NCBI RefSeq assembly: GCF_004010195.1
Contig: NC_057718.1
Span: 30,386,045-30,450,044, forward strand
Source: Chiloscyllium plagiosum
Lineage: Eukaryota
Reading direction: 5' to 3'
Length of the DNA: 64,000 bases
The first letter of the stretch is position 1, and each line of letters begins with the position of its first letter. The translations under genes were made by a program, and so were the position numbers. The notes below the pieces were generated by a model. It saw nothing but the letters and a program-made list of their open reading frames with translations. It made no database searches and was not told where the DNA came from. Below, in pieces: positions 1 through 12,195 of this stretch.

Positions 1-515
1 GTTTTGCTGACCATGTTCCCTGGCCAACATCTTTGTCCCGGGCTTGCTTCACTGCTGCAATGAAGCTCAACAAAGCTGCGAGAACAGCATTTCAGTTTCC
101 ACTTGAGAACCTGCAACCTTCTGGATTTAATATTGATTTCAATAATTTTAGGGCCTGAGCACTTGCTCCCATGTTCTTACCCCAACCCTCACACACCGGG
201 CCTTGTCATCATATGGCCGGCTACCACACACATTGACAGCCATTAATGATCCCTGTTAGCAGCTATTCATTCCCCAGGCCAACCTTAACCCACTGCTTTG
301 TCAGCCCAACTGTGTTACTCTCTGTCTCCAGGCTGCATCTCCCATCTCCCACCTCTTTCTCTAACATATGTGCCAACCTTTTTCTAGCTACAATCAGTTC
401 TGCAGAAGGGTCACTGGATCCGAAACATTAACTTTGCTTTCCCCCCTCAAATGCCGCCTGGCTTGCTTAGTTTTTCCAGCAGTTTCTGATTTCCAGCATC
501 TGCAGTACTTTGGTT
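1..515 (+). mobile_element. Degenerate Penelope-like element 3' end (GIY-YIG C-terminus + terminal repeat)
   Basis: Translates to ...LQPSGFNIDFNNF (PLE endonuclease C-terminus). Decayed HHR ctgcaga-agggtcactggatcc-gaaac at 400-426, then a pLTR tail (tttccagc...ccagcatctgcagtac). Confidence 0.75.
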
Positions 516-815
516 TTTTTGTTGCAAGCAACTAGATATCGGATCTCACTCCTTAAGATTCTAAGCTGTCCTGTCCACAAGATATCATCATAGTGTGTGA
601 TGATATGGTACTAGCCAGCATTAACCCTTTCAGGTCCTTGTATAACAGTTTGTCGTGGAGGTTGGGGTTGGGGTTGTGTTCACTCGCAGCAGAGGAAGAA
701 AATCATGTTTAGGCATAATTTCTTGATTACAGAGATAAAACTAATTGAGAATCAAATCTTCTTTGTGTAACAAGTGTGTCTCTGGGAATGTATGTGGTTT
801 TGACTGTGCAATATG

Positions 816-920
816 GATATTTTAAATCAACCTGTTCCGGTCTGTTATTGCACACCTTGGAGCAGATGGGTTGTGAATCCGGGCTCTCAGGTGAGGATAC
901 TACCAGTGCGCCACAAAAGC
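816..920 (-). mobile_element. Short tRNA-derived SINE remnant
   Basis: Minus strand reads gtggcgcactggtag (A-box-like)...ggattcacaaccc (decayed B-box)...aacaggttgatttaaaatatc. Confidence 0.5.
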
Positions 921-1032
921 CTGACCTCAAAGGTATATAGTTACATGCCAAGCATGCAGACTGCCGGCTGCCTGATTTGGTGATTGTATGAAAAAGCTCC
1001 TTCAATCAGTCTCTTTAATTGTTCTATTGTAG

Positions 1033-1202
1033 CTACTGATTGCTGGATGAAGGACCAATCGCAGCAAGGTGGAGCAAACTGAACAGATTTCAACACCTCT
1101 CCATGACTGACCAGCAAGACTCGTCTTTCTGCAGAATTAGTGCCCTCATCAGCTTTTTTTCTTCCATCTCCTGAAAATATGGTGTTTCATCAACATGGAA
1201 AG
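1033..1202 (+). other. MBD5: Candidate non-coding (5'UTR) exon, 170 nt; resembles MBD5 5'UTR exon
   Basis: Acceptor ctctttaattgttctattgtAG (1032) and donor AAG|GTTGAG (1203). No long open frame; four ATGs. The exon ends ctactgattgctggatgaaggac and ttcatcaacatggaaag resemble my recollection of the human MBD5 5'UTR (unverified). Confidence 0.55.
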
Positions 1203-4200
1203 GTTGAGTTGCTGGCCTGCTGTGCAGAAAAATAACTGGAGCCTTCTGGTAACTTTTTAAAGTGGCTGTTGTGCATATGATACTTGACAGTGAATTTCAA
1301 TGAACTATTCAGTTCTGGTGATGAGCTTAGAAGGGGGAAACCTTGTCTTTATCATGCAGGCTCAAGTTTTTGTTAAATATGTGGTGATAACTGGCTAGGC
1401 AGGGCAGAGTAACATGTATTCACAACTATGTTATGATACCATGTCATTCTGAGTTGTTACTGTTATATAGCAGTATATAGATAATCCTTTTTGATTTGAG
1501 CAGTGTGGATGCATAGGACAGTGCAGTATACCTGCATAGGTGAAGAGACACCTGCTGTTCAGAAAGGGCAGCTGCAGGTTTGAGCTGTCTCTTGGCATTA
1601 CCACCAGGGGGAGTGTGATGGATTATTTATCTTGATATCTTGGCAGCTATAGGTGGCAGCAGTTCCTGTGCAATAAGATTTCACACACTTAGAACCTTGC
1701 TTACATTTTTTTAATAGAAGCCACATACAATTGCAGTATTTCTTGTGCTCCTTCGTTGGTTGATTCAGCAGGAGGAATCACTTTGTTTAAACTGCAACAA
1801 ATGGTATATCAAAATGAAAAAAAAGAGGAAAAGAGATTATTTTAAAAATGGTCTTCTTTAACCAGATGTCTGAATAGATTGAATCAGTAGTGTATTTCTA
1901 TAATGCTGAAGGCAGCTCTGATTTTGGCAATAACACAGTAATAAGACAGTGCCAGTGCCTCTAGCTGAATTGAGTATTATTGGAAGTCTTTTGTCCCTTG
2001 AAAGCACAGCATAAGCAAACATAAGTGACTACTTGTGGCAGGATTGGACACGACATGATTCCATCTTCCTTAGCTTTGAGTTTGTGGCTTTACTATGTGT
2101 ATATGCAAATAATTCTTAGCACTGATGGTGTGAAATCCACACCTGAACCTTAAGTATAATATAAGCAAACACATTTAGAAACATTTTAAGGGAATGAAGT
2201 CCAGTGCAGTAATTCTCTAACTATATAACTGCCCAATAAAGAAAACAATTATGCTAGTAACATTTTCAGCTTTATTTTTCTTCCCAGTGCATTCAGTACA
2301 AATCCAAAATATGAAACTAGTTCTAATTCTGCACAATTTCCTTCCCATTGAATACAAAAACATGCATGCCTGAATATGCTTATTTGCACATCCATGTAAA
2401 ATAATACTATTTAAAGAGGATTTAGTTGCCACATGAACATTGTAAATTTTCTGCACTGTTGAAATGTTGCAGCCTGTCTTATCTAGAAGTGGCACGATTC
2501 AATGTTCTTAATGCAAATTATCATTCATGCATTATCCCTTGGTTAATGAGACCATGCAAGCTACATGATTGTGAAATACTGAGTGACACATAAAAGTAAT
2601 AAAGAACAAAGAAAATTACAGCACAGCAACAGGCCCTTCGGCCTACAAGCCTGCACTGATCCAGATCTTCTATTTAAAAATGTTGCCTACTTTCCAAGGA
2701 TCTGTATCCCTCTGCTCCCTGCTCATTCATGCATTTGTCTAGATACATCTTAAATGACACTATCATGCCCGCCTCTACCACCTCCACTGGCAACACGTTC
2801 CAGGTACATTAAGAACTTTTCACGCATATTTCCCTTAAACCTTTCCCCTTTAACCTTGAACTCGTGACCCCCTAGTAATTGAGCCCCCCACTCTGGGGGA
2901 AAAAGCTTCTTGCTATCCACCCTGTCTATACTGCTTATGATTTTGTACACTTCAATCAGGTGCCCCCTCAACCTCCATCTTTCTAATGAAAATAATCCTA
3001 ATCTACTCAACCTCTCTTCATAGCTAGTGCCCTCCATACCAGGCAACATCCTGGTGAATCTCCTCTGCACCCTCTCCAAAGCATCCACATTCTTCTGGTA
3101 ATGTGGCGACCAGAACTGTACATAGTATTCCAAACGTGGCTGAACCAAATACCAATGCAACTGTAACATGACTTGCCAACGCTTGTACTCAATACCCTGA
3201 ATGATGAAGGAAAGCATGCCACATGCCTTTTTGACAACTCTATCAACCTGCGTTGCCACCTTCAGGATACAGTGGACCTGAACACCCAGATTTCTCTGTA
3301 CATCAATTTTCCCCAGAACTTTTCCATTTACTGTATAGTTAGCTCTGGAATTGGATCTTCCAAAAAGCATCACCTCGCATTTGTCTGGATTGAACTCCAC
3401 CTGCCATTTCTCTCCACTCTATCTATATTCTGTTGTATTCTCTGACAGCCCCCTTCACTGTCGGCCACTCCACCAATCTTAGTGTCATCTGCAAACTTGC
3501 TAATCCGATCACCTGATCATTTATGTGTATCACAAACAACAGTGGTCCCAGCATAGATCTCTGTGGAACACCACTGGTCACAGTTCTCCATTTTGAGAAA
3601 CTCCTGTCCACTACTACTCTGTCTGTCCGGTTGCCCAGCCAGTTCTCTATCCATCTAGCTAGTACGCCCTGATCCCCATACAACTTCACTTTCTCCAACA
3701 GATTACCATGAGGAACCTTATCAAATGCCTTACTAAGGTCTGTGTATATGATATCTACAGCCCTTCCCTCATCAATCAACTTTGTCACTTCGTCAAAAAG
3801 TTCTATTAAGTTGGTAAGACATGACCTTCCTTGCACAAAACCATGCTGCCCATAAACCCATTTTGTTCCAAATGTAAATAGATTCTCTCCCTCAGTATCT
3901 TCTCCAGCAGTTTCCCTACCACTGACATCAGGCTCACCAGTCTATAATTATCTGGATTATTCTTGCTACCCTTTTTAAACAAGGGGACCACATTAGCAAT
4001 TCTCCAGTCCTCCGAGACCTCACCCGTGTTCAAAGATGCTGCAGAGATATCTGTTAAGGCCCCAGCTATTTCCTCTCTCGCTTCCTTCAGCAACCTGGGC
4101 TCAATTCCATCCAGACCTGATGACTTGTCCACCTTAATGCCTTTTAGAATACCCAACACTTCCTCCCTCCTTATGCTGACTTGACCTAGAGTACTGAAAG

Positions 4201-5870
4201 GTCTATTCCTAACCTCAACATCTGCCATGTTCCTGTCCTCGGTGAATACTGATGCAAAGTACTCATTCAGCATCTCACCTATTTTCTCTGACTCCACACA
4301 TAACTTTCCTTCTTTGTCCTTGAATGGGCCAACGCTTTATCTCGTTCCCCTTTTACTCCTTTTGTACAAATAAAAGGCTTTGGGATTATCCTTAACCCTG
4401 TATGGTAACGATATTTCATGATCCCCTTTAGTCCTCTCAATTCCTCATTTCAGATTGATCCTAAATTCCAAAGCTTTGTCTGTTTTCAGTTGCCTAGACT
4501 TTATGAATGTTTCCTTTTTCCTCTTAACTAGTCTCTCAATTTCATCTGTCATCCATGGTTACCTAATCTTGCCATTTCTACCCCTCATTTTCATGTCTGT
4601 CCTGCACTCTAATCAATCTCTCTTTAACAGCCACCCTCATATCAAATGTGGATTTACCATCAAACAGCTGCTCCCAATTTACATTCCATAACTTCTGCCA
4701 AATTTTGCTATAGTTGGCCTTCCCCCAATTCCTTTAGGACCACTCTTGTCTTTGTCCATGGGTATTCTAAAACTTATGGAATTGTGATTGCATAGTAATC
4801 CCCTATTGAAACTTCAATCACCTGGCTGTGCTCATTCCCCAACACCAGGTACAGTATAGCCCATTCCTGAGTTGGGCTACTTGCATATTGCTGCATAAAA
4901 CCCTCCTGGATGCTCCTTACAAATTCTGCTCCGTCTGAACCTCTAACACTAAGTGAATCCCAGTCAATGTTGGGAAAATTAAGATCTCCCTTCACCACCA
5001 CCTTGTTGCTTCTACATCTTTCCATAATCTGTTTAAATATTTGTATCTCTGTCTCACGCTCGCTGTTGGGTAGCCTGTAGTACAGCCCCAACATTGTTAC
5101 CACACCCTTCCTATCTCTGTGCTCTACCCATATTACCTATTACATATTATCGAGTCCTCCATAGTGTCCTTCTTCAGCACAGCTGTGATATCCTCTCTGA
5201 CCGTAATTCAACTCCTCCACCTCTCTAACCCCCTCTCTCTATTCCACCTGAAGCATCTATATCCTGGAATATTTAGGTGCCAATCTTGCCCTTATCTCGA
5301 CCAAGTCTCTTCATGAGCAATGACATCATACTCTCAGTTGCTACCCCAAACCCTAAGTTCATTTGCCTTACCTATTACACTTCTCACATGAAAACAAATT
5401 CACCTCAGACCACCTGCCTCTTGGCGTTCACCATCTGCGCCTTGCCTACTTTTCCCCTTGGTCACGCTGACTTAATTATCTAGCTCCTTACAAGCTTTAG
5501 TTACTACCTCCTTCCTATCCACTAACCACCTCATTAGTTCCCATCCCACTGCCACATTAGTTTAAACCATCCCTAACAGCATTAGCAAAAGCACCCCCGG
5601 GACATTGGTTCAAGCCCTGCCCAGGTGTGGACCATTTGACTTGTAATAGTCCCATAACCGGTCCCAATGTCCCAAAAATCTGAACCCCTCCCTCTTGGAC
5701 CATCTCTCAAGCCACTCATTCATCCTGCTCCGTCTTGGACCATCTCTCAAGCCACTCATTCATCCTGCCTATTCTTTCATTGCTACTCTGGCTGGCACGT
5801 GGTAATGGTAGCAATCCTGAGACTACTAACTCTGCGGTCCTACTTTTTAACTTGTGTCCTAACAAGGGCA

Positions 5871-7153
5871 AATCAATTGGGGGAAAGTGAGGACTGCAGA
5901 TGCTGGAGATCAGAGTTGAGAGTGTAGTGCTGGAAAAGTACAGTAGGTCAGGCAGCATCTGAGGGGCAGGAGAGTTGATGTTTACGGATCGAAGTGAATA
6001 GGGACTGGATGTCCATGGTGAAGATGAGGCACTGGGGGCTGGGGAAACAAAAACTTTGGAGGAGGTGAAGGGCACGTTTGGTGTCACAAATGTAGTTGGG
6101 GAGTTCCTGGATTGGGGGGGCGAGGCTGGAAGGGGTCGAGATAGGAAGAGATGTGTCCAATGGGACAGGTGCAGGCTGAGACAATGGGTCAACCGGGGAA
6201 GTCAGATTTGTGAATCTAAGGAAGGAGGTAGAATCAGGCAGTGCGAGGTTCATGGACAATGAGGTTGGAGGCTGTGGATGGGAGATCCCCAGAGGTGATG
6301 AGGTTGCAACAAAGTCAGAACCCCCTGGTCCTCACCTTCCATGCCACCAACTTCCGTATATAATGCATCATCCTCCGCCACCTCCAAAAGGACCCCACCA
6401 CCAGAGATATATTTTCCTCCCCACCCCTTTCAGCGTTCCAAAAAGACCTTTCCCTCGTCAGGTCCACACCCCCCACCAGCCCACACCCCACTCCTGGCAC
6501 CTTTCCCTCCAACTGCACGAAGTGCAAGACCTGCACCCACACCACTTCCCTCACCTCCGGACAAGGCCCCTAGGGATTCTTCCACATCTATCAGTAATTT
6601 GCCTGTACCAATGTCATCTACTGCATCCGTGGCACCTAGTGTGGTCTCCTCTACATTGGGGAAACAGGATGCCTTCTTGCGGATTGTTTCAGAGCACATT
6701 TCTGGGACAACCGCACCCACCAACCCCACTGCCCCGTGGCTGAACACTTCAACTTCCCCCTCCTACTCTCAAGGGCATGCAGGTCCTGGGCTGCCTCCAC
6801 TGCCAAACCATTACCATCTGACGCCTAGAGGAAGAATGCCTCACATTCGGCCTTAGAACCCTGCAACCACATGGGATAAGTATGGATTTCAACAGCTTTC
6901 TCATTTCCCTTCCACCCATATTATCCCAGTCCCAAGCCTCCACTTGGCATCGCTTCCAGACCTGTCCATCACTGCCCCGTTCTGACCTACTACTATCACT
7001 ACCTCCTCCCAACTGCACCCCCCCTCCCATTTATCTCTCAGCCCCGACCCACAAGCCTCATTCCTGATGAAGGGGTTATGCCTGAAACATCGATTCTCCT
7101 GCTCCTGGGATGCTGCCTGACTTGCTGTGCTTTTCCAGCACCACATTCTTGAC
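5871..7153. mobile_element. Penelope-like element (Cys-linker/Neptune-type) with inverted 5' part
   Basis: Minus strand: pLTR 5880-5985 and RT fragment (LPNYICDTK..IFTMDIQSLFTSI). Plus strand: Cys-rich linker, GIY-YIG (VIYCIR..LLYIGETG) and pLTR with HHR ctgatga..gaaac at 7064-7088. Flanked by direct repeat TCCTAACAAGGGCA (5857-5870 / 7154-7167). Confidence 0.9.
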
Positions 7154-7160
7154 TCCTAAC

Positions 7161-8451
7161 AAGGGCAGTAGACATGACTCAGGTAATTATAGACCAGTGA
7201 GCTCTACGTCTGTTGTAGGAAAGGTTTTGGAAAGGATTATAAAAGATAGGATTTATAAGGCAGGTTGTGTCTCACAAACCTCATTGAGTTTTTTGAGAAG
7301 GTGACCAAGATGTGGATGAGGGTAAGGCAGTTGACGAAGTATACATGGACTTCAGTAAGGCCTTGATAAGGTACCACATTGTAGGCTATTGGAGAAAATG
7401 CGGAGGCATGGGATTGAGAATGATTTAGCAGTTTGGATTAGAAACTGACTTTCTGTAAGAAGGCAATGAGTGGTGGTTGATGGCAAATATTCCGCCTGGT
7501 TCCTAGTGGTGTGCCACAAGGATCTGTTTTGGGACCACTGCTGTTTGTCATTTTTATAAAAGAATTGGACGCAGGGATAGGTGAATGGGTTAGTAAGTTT
7601 GCAGATGACTCTAAAGTTGGTGGAGAGGTGGACTGTTTGGAAAAATGTTGCAGGTTGCAGGGGGACTTGGATAAACTGCAGAATTGGGCTGAAAGGTGGC
7701 AAATGGAATTCAATACAGATAAATTTGAGGTGAATCACTTTGGGAAGAATAACAGGAAGGCAGAATACTGGGTCAATGGAAAGATTCTTGATAGTGTGGA
7801 TGTGCAGAGGGATCTTGGTGTCCATGTACATATTTTCCTGAAAGTTGCCACCAAGGTTGATAGTGCTGTTAAGAAGGCATACAGCGTGTTAGGTCTTATT
7901 GGTAGAGGGATTGAGTTCTGGAGCTATGATATGCTGCAACTATACAAAACGCTCGTGCAGCCTCACTTGGAGTAATGTGTGCAGTTCTGATCGCCCCATA
8001 CAGGAAGGATGTGGAAGCATTGGAAAAGGTGCAGAGGAGATTTACCAAGATGTTGTGTGGTCTGGAGCGAAGGTGTTATGAGGAAAGACTGAGGGACTTG
8101 GGTCTGTTCTCATTGGAGAGAAGAAGGCTAAGAGGGGATTTAATAGAGATGGATTAGATAGGGAGGACAGTGAGAGTCTTTTTCCTTGGATGACGATGTT
8201 GGCATGTACGAGGGGTGATAGATTTAAGACAGATGTCAGAGGCAGGTTCTCTATTCAGAGAGTGGTAAGGGTGTGAAATACCCTTCCTGTCCATGTAGTT
8301 AACTCAGCCACATTAGGGCATTTAAACAATCCTTGGATAAGCATATGGATGACGATGGGATAGTATAGGATGATGGGCTTAGATTAGTTCACAAGTCGGC
8401 TCAACATCGAGGGGCTGAAGGGCCTGTTCTGTGCTGTATTGTTCTATGTTC
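7161..8451 (+). mobile_element. 5'-truncated CR1 LINE inserted in ORF1 of the minus-strand CR1
   Basis: RT motifs NYRPVS, VPQGSVLGPLLF, KFADDSK (ORF 7511-7975); 3' tail gggcctgttctgtgctgtattgttctatgttct. Confidence 0.92.
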
Positions 8452-8790
8452 TCACTCCCTAAATTTTGCTTGGGGGACCTCATCCCTTTTTTAAACCTAT
8501 ATCATTGGTGCCTATATGCACCAAGACAGCTGGCTGTTCACCCTCCCCCTTCAGAATGTTCTGCAGCCAATCTGAGACATCCCAGACCCGTGCACCTGAG
8601 AGGCAACACACCATTCGGGAGTCTCGCTTTCAACCACGGAATTGCCTGACAATTGAATTCACTGCAACTATAGTCCTTCCACTCTTTTTTTCTGCCTTTC
8701 TATACAGCAAAGCCAGCCACGGTGCCGTGAACCTGACTACAGCTGCCTTCTCCTGGTGAGCCATCTCCCCCAACAGAATCCAAAGCGGTA

Positions 8791-9213
8791 CAGAGGAACC
8801 TCGATTATCCGGCAATTGACTAAACAAATTTCGGATGATCCGAGCAAGATCGCAAGGTCCCGGTGCGTGACTAACTATGTTATCTGGCATCGATTATTCA
8901 GCATTCGATTAACTGAACGAAGTACTAGGTAAAAACAAGGTAAAAACAAGAACTGCAGATGCTGGAAACCAGAGTCTAGATTAGAGTAGTGCTGGAAAAG
9001 CACAGTAGTTCAGGCAGTATCCGAGGAGCAGGAAAATCAACGTTTCGGGCAAAAGCCCTTCATGATTCCTGATGAAGGGCTTTTGCCCGAAACGTCGATT
9101 TTTCTGCTCTTTGGTTGCTGCCTGACCTGCTGTGCTTTTCCAGCACCACTCTAATCTAGACTCTGAACGAAGTACTCCCTGCCTGTGTCCTTCGGATAAT
9201 TGAGGTTCCTCTG
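8791..9213. mobile_element. Tc1/mariner (pogo/Tigger-like) MITE
   Basis: TIRs CAGAGGAACCTCGATTATCCG (8791-8811) and CGGATAATTGAGGTTCCTCTG (9193-9213), one mismatch. TA on both sides (8789-90, 9214-15). Confidence 0.88.
8927..9162. mobile_element. ORF-less palindromic PLE terminal-repeat insertion with hammerhead motif
   Basis: ~94-bp inverted arms at 8970-9063 / 9072-9165; CTGATGA-A-GGGC-TTTT-GCCC-GAAACGTC at 9069-9096; direct repeat CTGAACGAAGTACT at 8913-8926 / 9163-9176. Confidence 0.88.
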
Positions 9214-9553
9214 TATACCTGTTTTGGAGGGAGATGACCTCAGGGGACACCTGCACTGCCTTCCTGCTCTTTCTCTGCCTTTTGGTCAACCATTCCCTTT
9301 TTCCCTCAACAGTCCTAATCTGCGGTGTGACCAATTTTGCTAAATGTGCTATCCATGATCTCCTGAGCATCCAAAGTGAGCCCGTCCCCACCTTCAGAGC
9401 CGTCATGTGGTCTAACAAGAGCTGCAGCTAGACACACTTCTTGGACATGACGCGGTAAGTATTGTAATGGGAAATTTACCTTCCCAGCAGCCCCCGGTCC
9501 CTCGCTTCTCCGGTCCTGCCACTGCCAGAAAATCTTGGCTATTTGAAAGAAAC

Positions 9554-9724
9554 TGAAAAATGTGTTGCTGGAAAAGCGCAGCAGGTCAGACAGCATCCAA
9601 GGAGCAGGAACTTGTGCCCGAAACGTCGATTCTCCTGCTCGTTGGATACTGCCTGACCTGCTGTGCTTTTCCAGCAACACATTTTTCAGCTCTGATCTCC
9701 AGCATCTGCAGTCCTCACTTTCTC
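9554..9724. mobile_element. ORF-less palindromic PLE terminal-repeat insertion
   Basis: Inverted arms 9553-9609 / 9633-9689; half HHR (gcccgaaacgtc); direct repeat CTATTTGAAAGAAAC at 9539-9553 / 9725-9739. Confidence 0.88.
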
Positions 9725-10202
9725 CTATTTGAAAGAAACCTGTGCAAGTAATTAAGTCTGCAACCATCAGTTGTCATTTTCTTCTTGTACTATCCCACCA
9801 CACATTAATCAGGGAGATGGGTCTATTGACAATTGCAGAAGTTTTCATTGATGTCGCCATTTGAGCAGTCTCAGATAATGGGTGATCAGTGAATCATGTA
9901 CTTGAGCTGTAAAATATGACGAAAATATAGACATTCCTTTATTTTCTCTTGAGATATTTTATTGCCCATACACTGAGCAAGGGTGTCCAATATTTCAGGG
10001 CTAGACACAAGTGAATACTACATCCATGACTGGATTATGGACTAATTTTGCACAAAAACACAATGAAATTAGGGTATCCTACATTTCATACCATGTACTC
10101 ACTTTCACCGTCAATTTTAAAGCTGCTTCAAGCCAACAAAGTTGTAGAAATGGAGACTCTGTATCTCTGGCTGGTCTGTAATGAAGATTTTAAAATCATT
10201 TT

Positions 10203-10424
10203 TGAAATAACTCCACAGAGGCCAGTATTCTGTTATCAAATTACCCTTTATTTACACGTGGATAGTACTGGGCACTGGTCTGCCTTTCTCAGAGCCAACT
10301 CTCGGTGAACAGAACCTCTGACACGCTGTTTTTAATCTGTCAGCCAGGGCTCCCTGATTGGGCTGGTCATCTCATCCAATCAGGGAACTCATATTCTGAG
10401 GTTCACCTGGCTGACCTTGTTACA
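10203..10424 (-). mobile_element. Solo LTR-like repeat (copy 1)
   Basis: Minus strand starts TGTAACAAGG and ends TTTCA; contains inverted CCAAT boxes, an AT-rich TATA-like site and AATAAA. Homologous to 25952-26164. No clear TSD. Confidence 0.55.
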
Positions 10425-12049
10425 ATAACTAAAATTTGGAGTGAGTTTATTCACTTTTAACTAAACTTTCTTGGGTTACTACAAACATTCTTGGAAACAC
10501 AGGAGAACATTAGCATCAGCTGAATTGGAGAGAGGTGTAACAGAAACGGTAGAACAATTAAGAATTTGAAAAATTAGACAATTTCAGCATGCTTGTTCAA
10601 CTCGATCCACTGCTTCAGTAAATAGTATGCACAAAATCATGGTCCATGATATTTCATCCCATTACATCTATGCTGATTGAAAAATGTTTATTCAGCTTAA
10701 TCCAATTTACCAACTCTTAGTCCATGGAACAAGAACATAAGAGCATAGTAGGCGATTCTGCCCCTTCAGCCTGTTCTGCGATTTAATTCAACACTTCACG
10801 TCCAAGCACTTTTTAATATTAAAAAAAAATGTTGCTTCTTCCTTCCTTCCTTCCTTCCCGGTAATGAGTTCCAGACCTCACCCATTTTGGAGATGAAAAT
10901 AATTATTTTCAAATGTACTCACATCTTTCTACCAACTACTTGAAATTTCCACTCCTTTTTGTTCACTTAAAGAAAGGATTGCAGTTGTTTGGTATTAGTC
11001 ATAAGCACCAGACATCTCTCAGTGGTTTTTGCACATGAAGAACTTTCCGTAATGTTGGAAAAGTAGCAGCAAACATACCACACGCAAACAGTAGTGTGGT
11101 AATGACCTGATAATCTGCTTTTGTAATACTCATTCAGGAATCCCCTGGACACTAGGATAACTCTAATGTTCTTCTGTACAAAGGGAAATTGACATGCAGT
11201 TAAGGGGACAGTTGGGAACTCGAATTAACATTACACCTGAAAGCAGCATCTCCAACTCCCTGTTTGTACATCATAGTGATTCCCAAAGTGGGGCATGTAT
11301 ACCCATTGGTGGAGACGCCTTTAGGTGGTAATAATGGACTTTTAGGGATGAGAATTTTTTCCCCTCTCCGTAGTTCAGGGTTCCCAAATGCAATGTCTCT
11401 GGTTCTTGGGGTAATGTGTTGCCAATTGTTGTCCCCCTGCTTGATGCTATTCCAAACATAGATTGTTTCTCTCTTTAACTTGTCGCTGTTAGGCACACTA
11501 ATGTTTGGAGGAGCAACAAGAAGTGGGAAGGTGAATGATGGCATGTAATCCTGTGAACTGGTGTGATACTATTGAGAAAGTAGCAATTACTGTCTGAAAC
11601 ACTGTTCGATTAGGAGAGGTGACTGCTTGATCTGAACTTTCATCATCTGCCTGATGGAACTCCTTCTATAATGGTGTGAATGGGGTTAGGGCAATGGGGC
11701 TGCTGAGTGAGGTGGGGTGAATTTGCGAACAAGGACTGCTGAGTGGGAGAGAGGAGTGTTAAGGGAAAGCATGGTTGAGAAGGGTGTTGAGTGAGTGTAA
11801 GTGAGATAGTTAGGGAGGGGGTTTGAGGAGAGGAGCTGTTGAATGAATTGATAGAGGAGGACTGGGAGGAATGGCTGAGCAAGTGAGTGGTAGATGTGAG
11901 TTGCCTCAAGAAACTGCTGAGTATATGACTTCTCTGGGGTCAGAGTGGAGAGAATTTGCTGATATTTCTTCTAATTTCAAGTGCTTATGCTCATGAAAGC
12001 TCATCCATCACATTATTGGCAAGTACACAAAGTAATACTAAGTAGGCAA

Positions 12050-12195
12050 AAAAACCAAAAGAACACCAGATGCTGGAAACCTGAAGCAAAAACAGAAATT
12101 GCTGGAAAATCTCAGCAAATCTGGCAACATCTGTGGAGAGAAAGCAGAGTTAATGTTTTGGTCGTGTCTATACTGAAGAAGGGTTCTGAAGAAGA
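12050..12195 (-). mobile_element. Old PLE terminal-repeat remnant
   Basis: cagatgctggaaacctgaagcaaaaacagaaattgctggaaaatctcagc is the reverse of the pLTR tail at 450-510. Confidence 0.7.

Larger units (their letters stand above)
2601..9480 (-). mobile_element. Near full-length CR1-type LINE (ORF1 zipper + SGNH esterase, ORF2 APE + RT), frameshifted and interrupted by nested insertions
   Basis: ORF2 fragments: APE (LYYRLPNS, KGDLNFPNIDW, 4774-5103), RT (NYRLVSLMS, DLSKAFDKVPH, SGVPQ, 3423-4297) and C-terminus (2750-3400); 3' tail at 2601-2700. ORF1 pieces: VVSGLLPLPRAS..MNEWLERW (~5720-5860), HIGTND-type motif (~8500-8520) and N-terminus to ~9450. Confidence 0.92.

Noticed and set aside
11200..11544. 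114-aa minus ORF and a hAT-like end (tagtgattcccaaagtgggg, ~11274)
   Set aside because: No protein family recognised and no partner TIR or 8-bp TSD found.
11690..11905. Purine-rich gagtga/gagg tract and its S/P/T-rich minus ORF
   Set aside because: Low-complexity degenerate repeat; no support for coding.
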